This document shows positions 27,366-32,000 of a stretch of DNA of 32,000 bases, piece by piece. Positions within the stretch are counted from its first letter, which is position 1; each line of letters starts with the position of its first letter. Location: assembly GCF_000020385.1 (NCBI RefSeq), contig NC_010814.1, positions 540,001-572,000 of the forward strand, given 5' to 3'. The notes beneath the pieces were generated by a model that saw only the letters and a list, made by a program, of their open reading frames with translations, ran no database searches and was not told the DNA's origin. Source of the DNA: Trichlorobacter lovleyi SZ. Its GTDB lineage: Bacteria > Desulfobacterota > Desulfuromonadia > Geobacterales > Pseudopelobacteraceae. A program made the position numbers and the translations under genes.

Positions 27366-30008
27366 ATGCTTAGATACTGCCGAAGGCTAACGGCATTTCT
27401 TACCTGCCTGCTCATCGCCACCCTGCTGTGCGCAGCAACGGTCGTTGCTCAAGAGACCGAAGACTCCCAACTGTTTCTCTCCGGTTTTAATGCCTACCAG
27501 CAGAAAGAGTATCCTGCCGCAGTGGCCCGCCTTGGCGAGGTGCTGAAGAAATATCCTGAAACCCCCCTGCGTGACATGACCCTGTTCTGGTTGGCGCGAG
27601 CCCATTACAAGGTTGGCAACCGTTCTGATGCAGCCCGCTATATGGCCCAGTTTACCCGGGAGTATCCTGACAACCCTTTGAAAAATACAGTTGAAGATGA
27701 ACTGCTGGCGTTGGCAGCCCAGCATGAAAAGGGGCAGGGCAGCGCCGTTCAGGTTGCTGCAGCAGCGCAGCTTGAGGCCGAACAACAGCGTGCTGCAGAG
27801 GCTGCGGCACAGGTCGCAAGAGAGAAGGCCGAGGCCGACCGTCTGGCTGCAGAACGTGTAGCCCAGGAAAAGGCCGCCCGTGAGGCAGCTGAAAAGGCCC
27901 GTATCCTGAAGGCCAAGGCTGAAGCTGACCGGATCGCCCGTGAAAAGGCCGAGGCTGAGCGGTTGGCAGCCATCAAACTGGAACAGGAAAAACAACAGGC
28001 GGTGGCCGAAGCAGAGCGGATTGCCCGCGAGAAGGCCGAGGCCGACCGTCTGGCTGCAGCCAGGCAGGAGGCAGAGCGTCTGGCCCAGGAAACGGCAGCC
28101 CGGGAGGCCGCTGAGAAGGCCCGTATCCTGAAGGCCAAAGCCGACGCTGACCGGATCGCCCGTGAGAAGGCCGAAGCGGATCGCCTGGCAGCTGTCAAGG
28201 CTGAAGAAGAGCGTCGCGCCAGAGAACAAGCCGCCGCAGAACAGCTCGCTGCCCAAAAGGCTGCTGAAGAACGTCGTGCTGCTGAGAAGGCAGCAATCGC
28301 TGCCGCTGAACAGAATGAGCGTGAGCTTGCTGCCGCCCGCAAGGCTGAGGAGGCAAAGCTTGCTGCTGACCGGTTGCGTCAGGAACGGCTCGGCCTCAAA
28401 GAGAAGGCGATTGCCGAGTATAAAGGTATTCTGGAGCGCTTCCCCAATACCCCGGCAGCCCGTACTGCAGCCACACGTCTGAAGGAACTGGGGGTGGCCG
28501 TGGTTGTGCCGCCTGCAGCGGCGCCTGCCCAGCCGGTTGAAAGCACCGCCACCGCCCAGGTGCTGACCCTTGAAGTGGCGCAGTATGCCGCCTTTGAATT
28601 TGAGGTGCAGCCGCCGCAGACGCCGGTTGAGGTGGCTCGTAAAAATATGATCCCGTTTGAGATCCAGAACCGCGGCAACGGTCAGGACAGTTTCTATCTT
28701 GCCTCCAGCTTCCCGGCAGAATTCGGGGCGCGTTTTGCTGCTGCAGCAACACCGGAACAGTCGATCAATCAGACCCCGCAGTTGGCACCCGGCGAGAAAT
28801 TCAAGGGCCTGTTGCTGCTGAGCGTCCCTGCAGCCTCAATTGATGGTCTCAGGATTGCCCATCCGGTAAAGGCGGCCTCCCAGTTTATGCCGGAGGCGTC
28901 CCAGAGCCGGACCGTATCGCTTACTGCTGCGGCGCCGCTGCTGCGTGCCGTGGTCAAGACCGACAAACCGCAGCTGCTGCCCGGTGAGACAGTGCAGTAC
29001 CGGATTACGGTGCTGAACGTCGGATCAACACCGGCAGAGGATGTTACCCTGCGTCTGAGCTTCCCGCCCCAGTATCAGGCTGTTGATTTTGCAGCAGCAG
29101 GATTCCGCCAGGAGATGGGAGCCGCGCTGGTGCTGGACGGGCTTGCACTCAAGTCCGGCGAGAGCCGTGAACTGGTGGCCACTTTTCAGCTTAAGGGCGA
29201 GGCCCTGGCAAAGGAAGAGCTGATTGTCCGGGCTGATCTTCTGAACAATCCGCTGCAGACCAGGGGAACCTTCCTTTCCAACGCCACCTTTGTACTGCCG
29301 GTCAGTGAGCTGGCCCTGAAGATGGCAACAGAGCGGGTCAAGGCGGTGCCGGGGCAGGTGGTGACGATCCCTGTCCGGCTTGTCAATAAAGGCAATCAGC
29401 GTGAACGCTTCAGTCTGGTGGCCGGATCGGCACCGTTCCAGAAAGTGATTGTGTATCATGACCTGAACCGTGACGGTCTGCGTCAGCCGGGTGAGTCCGA
29501 GGTGACAACAATCGGGCCGTTGGGACCAAAGGAAGAGGCGGCACTGCTGCTTGAGGTGACAACATCCAAGACCGCTCAGGACGGCACACTCGAAAAAGTA
29601 TCCCTGAGCGCAGCACCTGAATCGCTTCAGGGTAAGTCCGTCATGGTTGAGGCAGAGGTCGGCTATTCACGGCCGGTGTTGCAGCTGGCGATGAAAGGGC
29701 GCGAAGGGCGGATGGTGCCGGGAGACCTGCTGACGATTGATCTGGATGTGCTGAACCGTGGTTCCAATCTGGCCAAACAGGTTGAACTGGAAGTGACCTG
29801 GCCGGAGCAGATTGAGCTGGTGGCAGCTGATCAGGCTGCCGGCAAGACCGGGGCTGGCGCGTCACTCTGGCGCTTCAGTGAGCTTGGTGCCGGTGAAAAG
29901 CGGGTTGTCAAGGCATCATTCAGAATCAAGTCCGGTACCGGAGTCGGCACTGGCGTCCAGCTGAAAAGCATCTTGACCTACCAGGATCAAGTGGGGAACA
30001 GGTACTGA
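27366..30008 (+). CDS. Secreted/envelope multidomain protein: YbgF-like TPR region, TolA-like Ala/Glu/Lys/Arg coiled coil, second TPR-like piece, then several DUF11/CARDB-like beta-repeat domains
   Basis: Start chosen at ATG 27366 (MLRYCRRLTAFLTCLLIATLLCAATVVAQE, a signal peptide). TPR-like SGFNAYQQKEYPAAVARLGEVLKKYPETPL. Charged repeats of the AREKAEADRLAA type. DUF11-like units (PGETVQYRITVLNVGSTPAEDVTLRLSFP, VPGQVVTIPVRLVNKGNQRERFSL, PGDLLTIDLDVLNRGSNLAKQVELEVTWP). Confidence 0.75.
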   Translation: MLRYCRRLTAFLTCLLIATLLCAATVVAQETEDSQLFLSGFNAYQQKEYPAAVARLGEVLKKYPETPLRDMTLFWLARAHYKVGNRSDAARYMAQFTREYPDNPLKNTVEDELLALAAQHEKGQGSAVQVAAAAQLEAEQQRAAEAAAQVAREKAEADRLAAERVAQEKAAREAAEKARILKAKAEADRIAREKAEAERLAAIKLEQEKQQAVAEAERIAREKAEADRLAAARQEAERLAQETAAREAAEKARILKAKADADRIAREKAEADRLAAVKAEEERRAREQAAAEQLAAQKAAEERRAAEKAAIAAAEQNERELAAARKAEEAKLAADRLRQERLGLKEKAIAEYKGILERFPNTPAARTAATRLKELGVAVVVPPAAAPAQPVESTATAQVLTLEVAQYAAFEFEVQPPQTPVEVARKNMIPFEIQNRGNGQDSFYLASSFPAEFGARFAAAATPEQSINQTPQLAPGEKFKGLLLLSVPAASIDGLRIAHPVKAASQFMPEASQSRTVSLTAAAPLLRAVVKTDKPQLLPGETVQYRITVLNVGSTPAEDVTLRLSFPPQYQAVDFAAAGFRQEMGAALVLDGLALKSGESRELVATFQLKGEALAKEELIVRADLLNNPLQTRGTFLSNATFVLPVSELALKMATERVKAVPGQVVTIPVRLVNKGNQRERFSLVAGSAPFQKVIVYHDLNRDGLRQPGESEVTTIGPLGPKEEAALLLEVTTSKTAQDGTLEKVSLSAAPESLQGKSVMVEAEVGYSRPVLQLAMKGREGRMVPGDLLTIDLDVLNRGSNLAKQVELEVTWPEQIELVAADQAAGKTGAGASLWRFSELGAGEKRVVKASFRIKSGTGVGTGVQLKSILTYQDQVGNRY
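27816..28250 (+). repeat. In-frame tandem duplication inside the coiled-coil region (unit about 207 bp / 69 aa, with a 36-nt sub-motif present four times)
   Basis: GCAAGAGAGAAGGCCGAGGCCGACCGTCTGGCTGCA at 27816 recurs as GCCCGCGAGAAGGCCGAGGCCGACCGTCTGGCTGCA at 28023. GAAAAGGCCCGTATCCTGAAGGCCAAGGC...GACCGGATCGCCCGTGA recurs about 219 bp later. Confidence 0.8.
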
Positions 30009-30009
30009 T

Positions 30010-30591
30010 ATGCATCTACCAGGTGTTAAGATTCCACTGTTGGCGCTGCTGCTGTGCGGAGCGACCGCAAGCTGGGGGGGCGACTACCTCTACGCTCCCA
30101 GGCCGGTTGACGGTACTGAGCCGGGTGAAGGAGTACTGGTGCGGGAGATCACGGTAAAAAAAGGTGATACCCTTTCCCACCTTTCTAAACGCTATTCGGG
30201 ACGCGGCTATTACTATCCGCAGATCCTGCTTTTTAACGAGATCAGGAATCCGCACCGGATTCAGGTCGGGCAGGTTGTGCGGGTGCCGCTTTCGCACAAG
30301 GCCGGCCGGCAGGCGCAGAACAGTCCGGTGGTAGCGCAGGATCAAAGTCAGGTGCAGTCGGCTGAGCCGTCAAAGCAGGCGGCTGAAAGACCGAAAGCTG
30401 TACAGCAGCCATCCCTCCGGCAGGGCGAAAAGAACGCCTACAACCATGCCATGGAGAACTTTAAAAAAGGTGATTGCGAGGCGGCAATCAAACAGTTTGA
30501 CCGTTTTATCAGCCGCTACCCCTCTTCATCCCTGTTACCGGAAGCAACCTTGAACCGGGCGGAGTGCTACCTGAAGCTTTCAACAAAATAG
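30010..30591 (+). CDS. LysM-domain protein with C-terminal YbgF-like TPR segment (peptidoglycan-binding, periplasmic)
   Basis: 193-aa ORF with signal peptide MHLPGVKIPLLALLLCGATASWG. LysM motif (ITVKKGDTLSHLSKRY...GQVVRVP). TPR-like NAYNHAMENFKKGDCEAAIKQFDRFISRYPSSSLLPEATLNRAECYLKL. It starts 2 nt after the upstream stop. Confidence 0.75.
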   Translation: MHLPGVKIPLLALLLCGATASWGGDYLYAPRPVDGTEPGEGVLVREITVKKGDTLSHLSKRYSGRGYYYPQILLFNEIRNPHRIQVGQVVRVPLSHKAGRQAQNSPVVAQDQSQVQSAEPSKQAAERPKAVQQPSLRQGEKNAYNHAMENFKKGDCEAAIKQFDRFISRYPSSSLLPEATLNRAECYLKLSTK

Positions 30592-30653
30592 CACGCGATA
30601 CTTGTCTCTGATTGCTTAGACCTGATATCTCCTCACAGTTCACTCACCATATT

Positions 30654-30776
30654 CTCCGATTCCAGTTCAAGGATGATCTCCAGGCGGCGAGGAATTCGGC
30701 GACGTAGGCGTACACGCAGTACGTTGAGGAGCCGAAGGCGAGCCAACGACGAGAGGGCCTTGAAATGGAATCGGAG
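30654..30776. repeat. 123-bp element bounded by 19-bp imperfect terminal inverted repeats (REP/MITE-like or long terminator hairpin) between convergent genes
   Basis: CTCCGATTCCAGTTCAAGG (30654-30672) matches the reverse complement of CCTTGAAATGGAATCGGAG (30758-30776) with 1 mismatch in 19. The interior is GC-rich with internal hairpin words (GCGACGTA, CGTAC...GTACG). It abuts the stop codon of the minus-strand gene at 30777. Confidence 0.5.
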
Positions 30777-32000
30777 TTACGGCCAGGTAATCACAAAGCC
30801 CCGCATCCTGCCCCCCTGGGCATCCCGGTATTGTACCAGCTGCAGACCGGCCAGATCACCCCTGCGGATCTCATAGCCCTCCTTGATCTCGGAAGAGGTT
30901 GACCGCATTGCCGTTGCACCGGCCAACTCTTTCAGGGTGCTGGTATAGAAGGATTCCTGGATGCCTGCCCCACTGCGGTCAATGACCTGAATGGCCTTGA
31001 TTGCGCCGTCTTTTTCGCGGAAGACACGATATTCATTGGTTTGGCCGCGATAGTTCTCCCAGCCCGGATTGTCTTTGCCATAGCCGGGGTCCAGCCCTTC
31101 TTTGGGGATAAAGGAGGGCAGGCTGCGGGGACGCCCGCTGCCATGGGAGGAAAACGCCGGTTTCTTTTCCGGCTGAGGAGCCACAGCCGGCGGAGTTGGA
31201 GCTGCTGCCGGTGCCTTTTGTTCTGAAGTGGCCTTGGAAGCCGGTGCTGTCCGGCTTGAACGGTGTTGGAACAGGCTTACCGCCACAACAACCAGCAGGG
31301 TGCCGCTGACCAGCAGGAAGGCGGTTTTGCGGTACCAGGGCTGTGACGGCTCAAAGTCACTGATCAGATGCGGTTCCTGATGCAGATCCCGGATACGCAG
31401 TTCATGCTCATGTCGGTTAAACGGTGCAGGGTCGGGCTGCAGGGTGTCGGATCGGGTATCAAGCTGTTTGCTGAAATCGGAAATGATTGAGATGCCGGGC
31501 CGCCGGGGCAGTTCATAGGTCAGCGGCGCTGCCGGTGTCTGGTCGGATTCAACCGGAACCGGCGGGTCCGGCATGAGTGACAGTTGCTGTTGAACGTTCT
31601 GCGGAGGAAAAACCGGCGGTCGCGTCAGCAGCCCGGGCGGTTCCTGTTCCGGGGAGCCTGGCTGTGGCACCGTAGTCTGTTCTTGGGTTGCGATCGGCTT
31701 TGCCGGCTGATCCTGCTGTTGCAGGAGGCTCAGGAGGGCCTGTTCCAGCTCTTCATCACTCAGGGCAGGGTCAAGTATGATTTCAAACACTGCGGAACTA
31801 TCGCTATCAATGGCGCTTGGTGCGCTGATCAGCCCGAAGCGTGCCGTGCGTTGTCCCAGCCGCGACTTCAGATGTTTATGCAGAATGTCGGCCGACAGAC
31901 CTGCCAGGTGATTCTGGATGAAAACCAGCTCGGGCTTACGGCTCTCAAGCTCTTCGATGCCGCGGTGGATCTCGCTGACCACGGTCAGGCCGGGGATCTG
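30777..32000 (-). CDS. Membrane protein, 5'-partial: receiver-like (probably degenerate) N-terminal domain, Pro/Gln-rich linker, one TM helix, periplasmic C-terminal domain of unknown function
   Basis: The reading frame stays open to the window edge (QIPGLT precedes the GTG at 31982). ...IEELESRKPELVFIQNHLAGLSADILHKHLKS resembles the centre of a CheY-like fold, but Gln sits where the phospho-Asp is expected. TM helix TAFLLVSGTLLVVVAVSLF. The C-terminus has no recognisable motif. Confidence 0.5.
   Translation of the reverse strand, partial: QIPGLTVVSEIHRGIEELESRKPELVFIQNHLAGLSADILHKHLKSRLGQRTARFGLISAPSAIDSDSSAVFEIILDPALSDEELEQALLSLLQQQDQPAKPIATQEQTTVPQPGSPEQEPPGLLTRPPVFPPQNVQQQLSLMPDPPVPVESDQTPAAPLTYELPRRPGISIISDFSKQLDTRSDTLQPDPAPFNRHEHELRIRDLHQEPHLISDFEPSQPWYRKTAFLLVSGTLLVVVAVSLFQHRSSRTAPASKATSEQKAPAAAPTPPAVAPQPEKKPAFSSHGSGRPRSLPSFIPKEGLDPGYGKDNPGWENYRGQTNEYRVFREKDGAIKAIQVIDRSGAGIQESFYTSTLKELAGATAMRSTSSEIKEGYEIRRGDLAGLQLVQYRDAQGGRMRGFVITWP

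Noticed and set aside
30673-30876. An Arg-rich 67-aa ORF (MISRRRGIRRRRRTRSTLRSRRR...), with similar ORFs at 17208-17420 and 17228-17602.
   Set aside because: They are translations of GC-rich inverted-repeat intergenic elements and overlap the 3' end of a real gene. They have extreme composition and no start context.

Overview
High-GC chromosomal segment whose gene content looks deltaproteobacterial (Geobacter/Desulfuromonadales-like; inferred, not proven). No tRNA, rRNA, CRISPR array, transposase or integrase was recognised. Gene blocks alternate in direction. (1) 1-9901 (+) is a signalling supercluster: three translationally coupled hybrid histidine kinases (one fused to a CheR-type methyltransferase), then a PhnD-like periplasmic binding protein, a sensor kinase and a CheY-like receiver. 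(2) 10038-14145 (-) encodes etfB, ferredoxin-fused etfA and a membrane HdrD-like FeS oxidoreductase. (3) 14530-17198 (+) encodes gdhA and aspartate kinase. (4) 17490-18949 (-) holds a radical SAM/SPASM enzyme preceded by a 29-codon Cys/Thr/Ser-rich ORF that is absent from the ORF track. (5) 19096-23818 (+), divergent from block 4, encodes a TonB-dependent receptor, a COG2984-type binding protein and a hybrid kinase. (6) uvrC (-). (7) 25875-30591 (+) encodes a sigma-54-driven ammonium transporter, an 880-aa TPR/TolA-like coiled-coil/DUF11 envelope protein and a LysM-TPR protein. (8) A partial membrane protein (-) runs off the window. Two observations stand out. First, the hidden minimal RiPP-like cassette (precursor + rSAM/SPASM maturase) sits back-to-back with an outer-membrane receptor/binding-protein/kinase sensory module. 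Second, the PhnD-like gene carries an in-frame TGA followed at the canonical distance by an fdhF-like SECIS hairpin with a GGUC(C) loop, so it is a candidate new selenoprotein rather than a simple pseudogene. All domain calls come from motif reading by eye; no searches were run.
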